Translations under genes and position numbers: made by a program
From: a virus
DNA length: 64,000 nt
IMG/VR virus record: IMGVR_UViG_3300037010_002464
Direction: 5' to 3' (one strand)
Part shown: positions 40,886-49,814 of the stretch, one piece after another
How the letters are laid out: every line of letters begins with the position of its first letter
Position numbering within the stretch: the first letter of the stretch is position 1
Notes under the pieces: model-generated
Database searches by the model: none
What the model was told of the DNA's origin: nothing
What the model saw: only the letters and a program-made list of their open reading frames with translations

Positions 40886-41485
40886 GTGAGCGGCTTAGCA
40901 ACTTTTATCATCACCGAAGGCTTGAAGGCGCGCAGTGTGCTTGCCCTTCATCGCTTCGATAACGTCAAGCATCACGTGACCAAGGACTTGCAGCGGGAGC
41001 TGCTAAGGGCCTGGAAGCAAGCCACCCGGTCGCTCAAGCTCTCTGTAGACAAGGCGCAAGCTGAGGATGCTGTCTTCAAGAACCCTAAAGCGTTGACTGA
41101 CATTGCTGTCAGCGATGTTTCTACCAAGCTCTATACTACGGCTGAAACAGGCCGAGTCAAGCAGGTAAGCCCAACAGTTAAGCTACCGCTGTTGCTGAGC
41201 GACGCTGACCGTGCAGTGGCGCGCGAAAAGCTGTTTGACGCTGCAGCTGACACGTTCAAGACCGTCATCGACACGTGGTCCGAGGTGTTCATCCATGAGA
41301 AGTCGGGCCAGGCTCGAACCGACTTCTGCGTCAAGCGTGACGCACGCTCTGTGAGGCTTTGCCTCACCGCCCTTGAGAAGGGCGTAGAGCACGAGACATT
41401 GCTCTACCATATTACAATCGAGCACGGAAAGATCGGATCAAAGGTGCGAGACCATGATACAATCTTCCTCTCGGTTGACAGGTAA
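40886..41485 (+). CDS. Hypothetical late protein
   Basis: TAAATAGC at 40875; FIITE leader-like N-terminus. Confidence 0.6.
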   Translation: MSGLATFIITEGLKARSVLALHRFDNVKHHVTKDLQRELLRAWKQATRSLKLSVDKAQAEDAVFKNPKALTDIAVSDVSTKLYTTAETGRVKQVSPTVKLPLLLSDADRAVAREKLFDAAADTFKTVIDTWSEVFIHEKSGQARTDFCVKRDARSVRLCLTALEKGVEHETLLYHITIEHGKIGSKVRDHDTIFLSVDR

Positions 41486-41506
41486 CCCATCAATCAACGA
41501 GCTTAA

Positions 41507-42163
41507 ATGAAAATCTCCCAACGTCGAATGAAGAAAGCAGCGGCCGAGGAGCTCGCTACTTCGGACCTGGCTTCGATGGCATGCGTGTCGCCGATTGACA
41601 TGTTCTCGCTGGCATCTTACGCCACATACATGTACTTCGATGACGTGACTCAAGATTCATCGCGAGACCTGGTCGAGTTCTTGATCAAGTCCAACTTCGT
41701 CTTTAGCACGGACACGACCTTGTCTCTGCTGATCAACTCATACGGCGGCGACGTGCATGCGGGCTTTGCGGCTATCGATGCCATGGAAGTAAGCCGTTTG
41801 GAGATTCAGACCGTCGGCATCGGTGCAATCTGCTCGATGGCCGCCTTGATGTTTGTCTCAGGCACGCCAGGTAAGCGGATCATGTCACGGAACGCGTTCA
41901 TCATGACGCACCACTTCAGTGAAGGCGTCGAGGGCACGTACCATGACTTCATCGCGATGCGCAAGACTCAAGACATCATGCACAAGCGGTTCGTTGACCA
42001 CTTCGTCAAGCGGACCAAGATGACAGAGCAGCAAGTTAAGGACATTCTACTGTCGCCCACAGACCGCTGGATCACCGCACAAGAGGCGTTGGAGCTAGGG
42101 TTATGTGATATCATTCGGGATCCCTGGGAAACGCCACCAGATGCCCCTTCCGTCCTCGCATGA
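41507..42163 (+). CDS. clpP: ClpP-family protease
   Basis: INSYGGDV, CSMA (Ser), MTHH (His), DRWITAQEALELGLCD (Asp). Confidence 0.9.
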   Translation: MKISQRRMKKAAAEELATSDLASMACVSPIDMFSLASYATYMYFDDVTQDSSRDLVEFLIKSNFVFSTDTTLSLLINSYGGDVHAGFAAIDAMEVSRLEIQTVGIGAICSMAALMFVSGTPGKRIMSRNAFIMTHHFSEGVEGTYHDFIAMRKTQDIMHKRFVDHFVKRTKMTEQQVKDILLSPTDRWITAQEALELGLCDIIRDPWETPPDAPSVLA

Positions 42164-42827
42164 TGCGCCGCCTGTTGAGCTAATAGCGGCCGTCGATAAC
42201 CTCTCAGACCCAGCAGCAGTTGCTGCTTGGGTTGAGAAGCAGCTTGCCTTCGATGCTAAGAGCGGCAGTCCCTTTTTCCTCACCTACACCAATCACACAG
42301 TTGGTGATGATGGACGTGTCTCATTAGCGGGTAATGTCAACGCTCAGGCATTGCCTCAACGCCTGAAGCCCTACAACCGTCTCCCTGTCAACTTCAAGAT
42401 TGTCAGCGGCGCTGTCTGGACCAACCCTGACATCATCTCCTTTGAGGGATTTCCTGAAGTCGTCGACTTCATTAACGTCTCATCATCAGCTATCCCTAGC
42501 TGGAACGGCTGTCCTCGTCGAGTTTCTGCGTTGGTGCTCAATGAGCAGCTTGCCCAGCGTGTTGACCCCAAGCACGCTGCGGGCAGCGCGGCAGAAACTA
42601 TCAACTTGGGCTACCTTGAAAAGCCCACATGCTTGCCTAGACTGGCGTTCTTCCCTCAGCTCCAAAGTCTCGCATTCACCTGCGCGCCTGAGATCCTTGA
42701 TGAGAAGCAGGTTGAGGAGCTAAAGGACTTCTTCATCCCCCGCCTGAAGGTTGCGTTACGCAATCGAGCAGGTGTTCTTCGCTTAGAGCAGGAGCTAATC
42801 GATGCAGGCTATGAAGAGTGGGTTTAA
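42141..42827 (+). CDS. LRR-like phage protein with a C-terminal QQ-type helix
   Basis: LPVNFKIVSG, ISFEGFPEVV, PSWNGCPRRV repeats; ends VLRLEQELIDAGYEEWV; start uncertain. Confidence 0.6.
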   Translation: MPLPSSHDAPPVELIAAVDNLSDPAAVAAWVEKQLAFDAKSGSPFFLTYTNHTVGDDGRVSLAGNVNAQALPQRLKPYNRLPVNFKIVSGAVWTNPDIISFEGFPEVVDFINVSSSAIPSWNGCPRRVSALVLNEQLAQRVDPKHAAGSAAETINLGYLEKPTCLPRLAFFPQLQSLAFTCAPEILDEKQVEELKDFFIPRLKVALRNRAGVLRLEQELIDAGYEEWV

Positions 42828-43149
42828 GAGCGAGTGCCGTCAACTCTTCTTGAAGTTTCAGCAGATCGGGATTGATGATGAAATGAAGCTCGCATCGGCT
42901 ATACCGGCTGTTGCTTGCTTCCAAGCCAAGTTTGAGGACTCAAACCCAATGGTTGTTCAGACCTTGATCCTCACCATCTATGATCGCGTTGATGACTGCA
43001 TCGTAGTCGTATGCTATGGCCCTCGTAAAGGCGATGAGCAGTACGGCTCAATGAAGTATCGACGCAGCTCTGCCATGGCAGAGGGTGCCATCGTAAAACT
43101 GCTTGAATGGAAGCAGGATCAATTCTCTTTCCAGATTGAAATCAATTAG
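42811..43149 (+). CDS. QQ-helix family protein
   Basis: CRQLFLKFQQIGIDDE. Confidence 0.6.
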   Translation: MKSGFKSECRQLFLKFQQIGIDDEMKLASAIPAVACFQAKFEDSNPMVVQTLILTIYDRVDDCIVVVCYGPRKGDEQYGSMKYRRSSAMAEGAIVKLLEWKQDQFSFQIEIN

Positions 43150-43183
43150 GGTGGTAAATAGCTTCAGAAGGTAACCACCTAAT
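43145..43183 (+). promoter_or_regulatory. Late promoter TAAATAGC inside a stem that sequesters the start codon
   Basis: ATTAGG(g)TGGT 43145-55 pairs with ACCACCTAAT 43174-83, which includes the AT of ATG 43182. Confidence 0.6.
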
Positions 43184-43568
43184 GAAGCTCAACAACCTGT
43201 ACCAAGGCAAGCGTTTGATCGCTGAAGGTCGTGTAGACCCGAACGTGCTCATGTCACTGCAAAACATCATCAAGGGCGGCCAGGCTCGTGAGACCATGCA
43301 GTTCATCGTGCTGGCTCGCTTGATCGAGTTCTTCAAGAACGGCTACTTGTATAAGACCAACAACTTCTACGACCCGTTCCTCTCAACTTCCGGCGAGCTG
43401 CTCGCGCAACTGCGCGGCATGAAGCCTGAAGAGCAGGTTGAGCTGGCGAAGAAGATGCTAGAGCTTGCGGAAATCAAGGACCAAGACCTCCTGTACAGCT
43501 ACGTCAACCCGACTCAAGAAACCCTGCTGTGGATTCAGTGGGCAACAAAGCGCGAAGCTAACGACTAA
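43182..43568 (+). CDS. Hypothetical, probable internal head protein
   Basis: Own late promoter and terminator; MKLNNL...RLIAE leader. Confidence 0.6.
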   Translation: MKLNNLYQGKRLIAEGRVDPNVLMSLQNIIKGGQARETMQFIVLARLIEFFKNGYLYKTNNFYDPFLSTSGELLAQLRGMKPEEQVELAKKMLELAEIKDQDLLYSYVNPTQETLLWIQWATKREAND

Positions 43569-43592
43569 TTCTCTTTTGCTGTCATTTCCCTC

Positions 43593-43632
43593 AACGGCTC
43601 CTAAGGCTTAACCCGCCTTCGGAGCCGTTTTT
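43593..43632 (+). terminator. Rho-independent terminator
   Basis: AACGGCTCC/GGAGCCGTT stem plus T run. Confidence 0.7.
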
Positions 43633-43688
43633 ACTTCCATCCCAGACGGCATCCGCCGCTTAACCTCAAAACCCTTGGAACAACAACA

Positions 43689-44444
43689 ATGAGCCGTAAA
43701 CGCTATAACGATGAGTCTACCGTCAAGAAGCCTGGCACCTATGTCAACAAGCTGACCCTGAAGAATTCGGCCCAGCAGCATTATGCTGATATGCTGCAGG
43801 AGTCAACGGTGACATTTTGCTTCGGCAAAGCTGGCACGGGTAAGACCTACATCGCTGCGTACTATGCCCTGAAAGCACTGCTTGAAGGTGACGTTCGTCG
43901 TATCATCCTGACCCGTCCGATCGTTGCTACGGAGGATATCGGCTACCTCCCCGGCGACATGCTTGAGAAGATCCACCCGTACATCCTCCCGCTGCTCGAC
44001 GCGATCGAGGACCATGTGGGCCCGACCAAGGCAAAGGAGCTCCTCAACAACGGTCAAGTTGAGATCATTCCGCTGGCGTACATGCGCGGTCGGTCAATCA
44101 ACGAGTCCTTTGTGCTGCTTGACGAAGCGCAGAACTGCACTCAAGAGCAAATGATGATGTTCTTGACGCGCTTGGGCTATGACTCGAAGATGGTGATCAC
44201 TGGTGATACGGCTCAATCTGACCTGAAGGTGCCGAATGGTCTTAAATGGGCAGCAGATCGATTGGTTGGTCGCAACGAGCACATCAGCGTCGTTGACTTC
44301 GGCGGCGCTGCTACCGTACGAAATCCGCTAATCGAAGATATGCTCAACTACTTAGAGCTGGATCCAGCAGCTCCGACGCGAAGGGTCACTGAAGGCCCAG
44401 GCCGTTTGATCAAGGGTCCTGGAAGCTTGCTATCTTCTAGCTAA
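43689..44444 (+). CDS. phoH: PhoH-family ATPase
   Basis: GKAGTGKT, RIILTRP, GYLPG, LAYMRGRS, LDEAQN, TGD..QSD. Confidence 0.95.
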   Translation: MSRKRYNDESTVKKPGTYVNKLTLKNSAQQHYADMLQESTVTFCFGKAGTGKTYIAAYYALKALLEGDVRRIILTRPIVATEDIGYLPGDMLEKIHPYILPLLDAIEDHVGPTKAKELLNNGQVEIIPLAYMRGRSINESFVLLDEAQNCTQEQMMMFLTRLGYDSKMVITGDTAQSDLKVPNGLKWAADRLVGRNEHISVVDFGGAATVRNPLIEDMLNYLELDPAAPTRRVTEGPGRLIKGPGSLLSSS

Positions 44445-45022
44445 TGTACTACGTCTACCACATTGTTGATCCTCGAGACAATAGCCTTACAAGAGGCTAT
44501 ATTGGCGTGACTAAGCAAGAGCTCGTCGAGCGTTTCAAGGATCATCAACGTGGTAACCGAATCATCGGCAAAGCTATTCGGGCCCTAGGCTTGACTTCCG
44601 AGAGCATACATCTACTGTTTAGCTATTCTACAGCTGCAGAAGCCTATGCCAAAGAGGAAGAGCTCAGGCCTGACAACTTCATGGGATGGAACCAGTGTAA
44701 AGGTGGCCGCGGCGGCGGTGCCGGTCCAATATCCGAAGAAGCACGTGAAAGCCGGCGCCGCAATGCTTTGCGAGGATCAGACAACCCACGGTTCGGTATC
44801 TCCTGACGTTGTAGTTCATATAAAGCATGTCTTGATGACAAAGCATACACCGTTGAGCGATCGCGTCGAGCAGCCGCTGGAGGTGCAGGCGGCAAAGGCC
44901 TTCCAAAAGATTCTCCAAAGTACGCGCAAGCGGCTTTAAACCGACCTAAGTACGTCTGTTCAAAGTGTAATAAAGTTGGTCAGTACAACTCGATGATTGC
45001 TTGGCATGGTGACAATTTGTAG
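44444..45022 (+). pseudogene. GIY-YIG homing endonuclease, frameshifted C-terminal half
   Basis: YYVY...GYIG; stop at 44806; out-of-frame Zn-ribbon YVCSKCNK...WHGDN. Confidence 0.75.
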
Positions 45023-45046
45023 GTCGGCGGCAAAATAGTGTATAAT
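45017..45046 (+). promoter_or_regulatory. Sigma70-like promoter
   Basis: TTGTAG-18nt-TATAAT upstream of 45106. Confidence 0.45.
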
Positions 45047-45105
45047 GATTTTGTGCTCGTTGATACGATGAGCTCATCACTCTGAGATATTGACCCTAGG
45101 CTTTC

Positions 45106-45375
45106 ATGCAGTCCTCCCAACCTACGTTCAACCAAGATGAGGCTCTCCGGTCACTGCGCGAGAAGTTTGCGCGCTTAATCGGAAGGCTTGGAGCGAACAA
45201 CAGCCACGGCACCCGCCGGCATGAATTCGAAGTTGAGTTCTGCTATGCGGTGCGTGAGCTCGAAGGCTGCCCGCCGTATCTTTCGGGCAAGCTCTTCGAT
45301 CGTGTCGCCAATGTTTGCAATGCGCTCGCGCAGACCATTCGGGCTGACGACGACCAGGCGCCCCGCGCTCGGTAA
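45106..45375 (+). CDS. Hypothetical protein
   Basis: ORF between the promoter and a UUCG hairpin. Confidence 0.5.
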   Translation: MQSSQPTFNQDEALRSLREKFARLIGRLGANNSHGTRRHEFEVEFCYAVRELEGCPPYLSGKLFDRVANVCNALAQTIRADDDQAPRAR

Positions 45376-45382
45376 CCTCTAC

Positions 45383-45402
45383 GGGGCGGCTTCGGTCGCC
45401 CC
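45383..45402 (+). terminator. Hairpin GGGGCGGC-TTCG-GTCGCCCC
   Basis: C(UUCG)G tetraloop stem; no immediate U-tract. Confidence 0.5.
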
Positions 45403-45413
45403 CTCCTAATTTT

Positions 45414-46004
45414 ATGGCATCACATCCTATCCCCAAGTTCGGGCTCGCGATTGACTTCGAGACCACCGGGTACTCCCTCCCGCACTATGCCGAACGGCAT
45501 CAAGGCGTCTCCTTCGGCGCGCTGATCTTCGACATCGAGCGGCTGACTGTTGTTGACACGCTGTACTGCGAGATCAAGTATGACCCGAAGTACGCGTGGG
45601 AGGACACCGCTGAGAAAATCCACGGCCTGACTCGTGACTACCTCAGCAAGCACGGCGTCACGCAAGCCGAAGCCGCAGAGCAGCTAGCTCTGATGGTCCA
45701 CAAGTACATGGGCACCGAGAATGTCGTTGTTCTCGGCCACCGCCCGCACTTTGACATCGCTTTCCTTGACCAGCTGTTTGACTCGATCGGCTTTGCTTTC
45801 AAGTATGACCCCATCAAGCTCGACACGGCCGCCTTTGGCTTGGTCATGTTGGGGATGACCAAGTCCGATGATCTGTTTGACGCGGTAGGCCTGCCGCCGC
45901 GCGGGAAACATGATGCCTTAGAGGATATCATTTACACGTTGGAATCTCTAAGGCAAATCCGAGATTATTTCTTGACAGGACTTGCTGTATCAGCATCGTC
46001 CTAA
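45414..46004 (+). CDS. DEDDh 3'-5' exonuclease (DnaQ-like)
   Basis: IDFETTG, IHGL, GH...FD..FL, LDT, HDALED. Confidence 0.9.
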   Translation: MASHPIPKFGLAIDFETTGYSLPHYAERHQGVSFGALIFDIERLTVVDTLYCEIKYDPKYAWEDTAEKIHGLTRDYLSKHGVTQAEAAEQLALMVHKYMGTENVVVLGHRPHFDIAFLDQLFDSIGFAFKYDPIKLDTAAFGLVMLGMTKSDDLFDAVGLPPRGKHDALEDIIYTLESLRQIRDYFLTGLAVSASS

Positions 46005-46670
46005 ACTGAAGCCATTAGCAAGATACAGCTCTAGCTCATCTTGTTTGACGCGCTTAGTTTTCTCTTCATTGTGCACCCATACGCGCCCTTTTGAGCTAAC
46101 ACTCATGAGGGCGCGAGCATTTGGAGCCACAACTTTTCCTTTTTGAGCAGCGCTTATCTTAGCGCGCTCTTCTTCTGACTTAATTCTACCGGTAGCTGCC
46201 CTAGCAACTGCGTCCTTGACATGTTGAGGACATGGAATTCCTCTGTGAGCTTCACCAAGCTTTTGAGAATGTTCCGCAGCACGCGAAGGCTGCTTACGAC
46301 CTTTATGAAATTGACTGATACGAGCCTTATGCTCGTCTGATAACGTCTTACCTTTGTGAACAAGGCTTAGCATCACAGCCACCCGTCGGCGATCGGCTTC
46401 GTATAATTTGTATTGCTCCTTGCCAGTCACTTTATACTTTCGTTGAATGCGAGCTACTGCTTGAGCTAATCCATGATGCATTGGATAAATGCGGCACAAC
46501 AGTCGATGTGCGAACAAATGCTCTCTGTAAGGAAGCTTGACCAAGTTTACTTTCGCATCACTACCACCCATGCATCTTGGTACAATGTGATGACGCTCAC
46601 CTTCAACGTCTGAAGATTTACGCTGTTGTCCTCGCTTGATCAAATTTTGATAGATGATGCTGTAGTTCAT
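45990..46670 (-). mobile_element. Free-standing HNH homing endonuclease with NUMOD3 repeats
   Basis: ERHHIVPRCMGGSD..VNLVKL..REHLFAH; several SDEHKARIS-type repeats; AT-rich, antisense. Confidence 0.88.
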
Positions 46671-46726
46671 AAGTATGCGTTAGAAGTTATTATGTATATA
46701 GCAGTTAGCGCTATGATAAATATGTC

Positions 46727-47920
46727 ATGGCCCTCAACAACCGCATCTATAAGTACACGTGTGACACGTGCGATCGCAGCATTGAACGGCTGGCGGACCC
46801 AACTCGGCCAGACCCCTTACGCTGTGTCATCACCGACCAGTGCGCTGGCAAGCTATCCTTGGCAGGCACTAGGTTCGGCCTCAGGCCTGTCAACACCCCA
46901 ACCGTCATCGGCCTCCTCGATCGGGTTAAGCGCGGCACCGCCCGGGTGGCCGCGGCCGCGGAGAAGCCCCTTGACAAAGTAAGCCTCGCATCCTTTAGCG
47001 GTGGAGGCTTAACTCTCTCGCTTGTCAGGTCAAAGCTTAGCGGCTCCCAGCGCCTCTTCTACATCAACGACTCGGTAGGCTTCGAGCGCGTGCTCGCTCG
47101 CTGTGCTAGCGATGCCGTACAACCTGCGGCGCTCGAAGTAAAGGCCGTGCTTTTCGAGCTGACGCCGGCGGCTCTTGAGTACAAGCGCTACACCTACAGC
47201 CGAACTGACAGCTGCGTGTATGTGCAGGGCAAGGATGACTCCGCCAACCGAAACCTCCTGACTTTTGACAGCACCAGCAACGTGCGCGTACTTGTCAACG
47301 GCGCGCTGCTTGACTCGACGCTGTACTCGGCTGCGGCAGGCACGATTACCTTCTCTCCTCAGCTTGAAGGCCCTTCTCTTCTCATCGAAGTCTTTGTCTA
47401 CAAGTCGCTGACCCAGTTCTTCAATGAGGACCAAGCTCTCAAGCTTGCATTCAGTATCCTGCCTCAGCTTGATGCTACACGGTCCACAGGTGCTTGGGGC
47501 AACACGTTACGCGTCGGCGCCCATACTCCGCTCTATTGCATCGACCTAGGCGCTCTTGATCGAACCCGGACCTACGGCTTGGTACGCTTCGAAGCGGCTG
47601 ATGAGAACGGCACCACTTACGTCATCTCAAGCACCGGTAGCTTCCTGCTTGCCCGCGCACCCTATGCGTTTGAAGACAAGCGCCTGACAGCCACCGTGCC
47701 CACAACAACGTTGACGGCTGAAGGGTTCTCTGTGAGCTTTGCTGTTAATGGAGAGACCGGCAGTATGGAGCTAGTCATTGACGGAGCGACGCTTCAGCCT
47801 CAAGCTCGACCGTTAGCGTTGACAGCGATGCCAGCGGTCGCTGTTAGCACTCAGGCTGCAGACATTGTCAACCTGCTAGTAGAGCGGAACGAAAAAGCCT
47901 TCATCATCGGACCCGCATAA
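46727..47920 (+). CDS. Late, probably structural, protein with an N-terminal Zn ribbon
   Basis: TAAATA at 46717; CDTC...CVITDQC. Confidence 0.6.
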   Translation: MALNNRIYKYTCDTCDRSIERLADPTRPDPLRCVITDQCAGKLSLAGTRFGLRPVNTPTVIGLLDRVKRGTARVAAAAEKPLDKVSLASFSGGGLTLSLVRSKLSGSQRLFYINDSVGFERVLARCASDAVQPAALEVKAVLFELTPAALEYKRYTYSRTDSCVYVQGKDDSANRNLLTFDSTSNVRVLVNGALLDSTLYSAAAGTITFSPQLEGPSLLIEVFVYKSLTQFFNEDQALKLAFSILPQLDATRSTGAWGNTLRVGAHTPLYCIDLGALDRTRTYGLVRFEAADENGTTYVISSTGSFLLARAPYAFEDKRLTATVPTTTLTAEGFSVSFAVNGETGSMELVIDGATLQPQARPLALTAMPAVAVSTQAADIVNLLVERNEKAFIIGPA

Positions 47921-47950
47921 ATAGTCTCGAGCAGCTTGCAGGAGGCCACA

Positions 47951-48451
47951 GTGCGTAACTACTACTACAGCTTCGAGATCAACCTCGAAAATCCTCATAT
48001 CCGCGAGCACCTTAAAGGTACAATCGTAGACATCGCAGGTGATGACATCACCGAGCTGAATGTCAACAGCCGTCTCTTCAATGATTCGGCTGCCTGCCTC
48101 GAGGCGCTCCACACCGACCTTAACCGCAAGGTTGAGCTGCTGAAGATCAGCAAGTCGAAAAACGCGGTCACGTCTATCAACGAGACCAACCCGATGCACT
48201 CGAATTCCGCCGAGGACCTTGAAAAGTTCAAGAAGGAGAACCCAGAGTTCACCGACTACCTCGACACTTGGGGCGATGACGAGGTCGTGCGAATGACATA
48301 CACGACCGAAGAGTTTGATGAAGAGGCGCCGCCGATCATCAATGATGAGCACGCGATGATCTTTCGCTACATCATCCATGAGTTCGAGGACTACATCGAG
48401 GTACCTGAAGGCAAGATGTACATCGACATCAACTCCTCCGTGGTGCACTAA
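47951..48451 (+). CDS. Acidic hypothetical protein
   Basis: GGAGG at 47941 before GTG 47951; TAAATA at 47918. Confidence 0.6.
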   Translation: MRNYYYSFEINLENPHIREHLKGTIVDIAGDDITELNVNSRLFNDSAACLEALHTDLNRKVELLKISKSKNAVTSINETNPMHSNSAEDLEKFKKENPEFTDYLDTWGDDEVVRMTYTTEEFDEEAPPIINDEHAMIFRYIIHEFEDYIEVPEGKMYIDINSSVVH

Positions 48452-48543
48452 GGCAAATTGCATTTGAATAAATGCGGTTTAGGTGCATTTTGAATAGAAT
48501 CCATCTTGCCGTATCGTTACGGCTTCATCGAGACCATTCATAA

Positions 48544-48849
48544 ATGACAAAAGACCTGACAGGCAAGAAGCCCGAATTCTCCTTGGCCAGCGTGATGGCC
48601 AACGAAGTGACCAAGAAGCAGCTGCTCGGCTTCATCGACGAGATCGTCCTCTGTGAGGGCAAGATCAAGTCCGAGCGCGAAGCGATCAAGGACATCAAGG
48701 GCGAAGCCGAATCCGCTCTCGCCATCCCATCGCAAGTGCTGGGCGAACTGGTGCGCGAGCGCCTGGATAACGGCAGCATCGACGCTAAGATCAAGAAGCT
48801 GGAAGAGGCCAAGGATCTGGCCGTCGGCCTTGGCATCACCTCGGAATAA
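48544..48849 (+). CDS. dsDNA-binding protein (T4 DsbA/GapR-like)
   Basis: L.GFIDEI......I..EREAIKDIK.EA coiled-coil pattern. Confidence 0.65.
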   Translation: MTKDLTGKKPEFSLASVMANEVTKKQLLGFIDEIVLCEGKIKSEREAIKDIKGEAESALAIPSQVLGELVRERLDNGSIDAKIKKLEEAKDLAVGLGITSE

Positions 48850-48863
48850 GGGGAGCACACATC

Positions 48864-49382
48864 ATGAGCGCACTCCCACCTAGAGCATGGCCCTTCCCCA
48901 CCGGCAACAAGCCGCAGCCAGCATCCGCCGTCAACGGCGGCGCCAACTACGCTGCAGGCTCGACCCGCAAGGCCTGGTCACCCGCCGACCTGAAGGCTTT
49001 TGCCAAGCTGATCGTTGCAAACGAGACGCCGGCTGACATGGCCAAGAAGCTCGGTCGGACCGTCAAGGCCATCGTTGGCCAGCTCGGCGACCTGAAGACC
49101 GGCAAGACGGCGACTGCCCTGACGCTTGCCAGCTATGTAAAGCACGAGACCAAGGTTTCAGTCAAGCCCAAGCATCACGATGATCGCTGGGACAATGACG
49201 GTGACCGGACGCTGCTGCTGGCCTACGCTACCGGCGGCACGCCCGAGCAGATCGGCGCTGCATGCGGTCGGACAGCCTATTCGGTCGCCGGCCGCCTGCA
49301 TGCCCTGGGCGTCTTGAAGTTCGACAAGGACAACAAGACCTACATGACCGTGCCCCAAGCCTGGTTCAAGGTCGCGGACTGA
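48864..49382 (+). CDS. Tandem Myb/HTH-repeat DNA-binding protein
   Basis: WSPAD...MAKKLGRTVKAI and WDNDGD...IGAACGRTAYSV. Confidence 0.6.
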   Translation: MSALPPRAWPFPTGNKPQPASAVNGGANYAAGSTRKAWSPADLKAFAKLIVANETPADMAKKLGRTVKAIVGQLGDLKTGKTATALTLASYVKHETKVSVKPKHHDDRWDNDGDRTLLLAYATGGTPEQIGAACGRTAYSVAGRLHALGVLKFDKDNKTYMTVPQAWFKVAD

Positions 49383-49385
49383 GCC

Positions 49386-49562
49386 ATGACGGCCGTCTTG
49401 TACTTGCTGTTTAGCGTTCTGGCTGGCTTTGGGCTGCTTGTTGGCCTAGAGCACATGAAGAACTCGAACGCGAAGGGTGAAGACGGCCGAGCAATGGGCG
49501 TCTTCTTCCTGATCGTCGGGTAGGTGATCTTTTGCGGTGTTATGGCCGTAAACGCCCACTAA
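49386..49562 (+). pseudogene. Small two-TM protein with an in-frame TAG
   Basis: ...GVFFLIVG*VIFCGVMAVNAH*; TAG at 49521 interrupts the second hydrophobic helix. Confidence 0.45.
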
Positions 49563-49577
49563 CTGCCCTCGCCCCTC

Positions 49578-49604
49578 AAGGCCGCTTTTATTAGCGGCTT
49601 TTTT
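49578..49604 (+). terminator. Rho-independent terminator
   Basis: GCCGCT/AGCGGC stem followed by TTTTTT. Confidence 0.8.
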
Positions 49605-49619
49605 CATTCTGGATTTAGC

Positions 49620-49814
49620 ATGACCCAAGAGCTGAGAATCGTCGAAAGAAAAGAGGACTCTTTGTGGGTCCGTGTTAGAATGATTGAAATCAAGAAGGGT
49701 GACGTTTTCCGAATGTTTGAGGACGGCACCCCTATTGAGTGGAGCGGCAAGACAGAGTTTGAAGCCGCTTACGACGCCGATGAAACAGGCGTCATCACGA
49801 AAGGGAATACTTGA
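49620..49814 (+). CDS. Small hypothetical protein
   Basis: IKKGDVFRMFE beta-barrel-like; TTGA overlap with the polymerase. Confidence 0.55.
   Translation: MTQELRIVERKEDSLWVRVRMIEIKKGDVFRMFEDGTPIEWSGKTEFEAAYDADETGVITKGNT

Noticed and set aside
49521-49523. In-frame TAG suggesting amber recoding
   Set aside because: Long genes are open under the standard code and TAG ends genes normally (e.g. 36168, 43149); a single nonsense mutation is simpler
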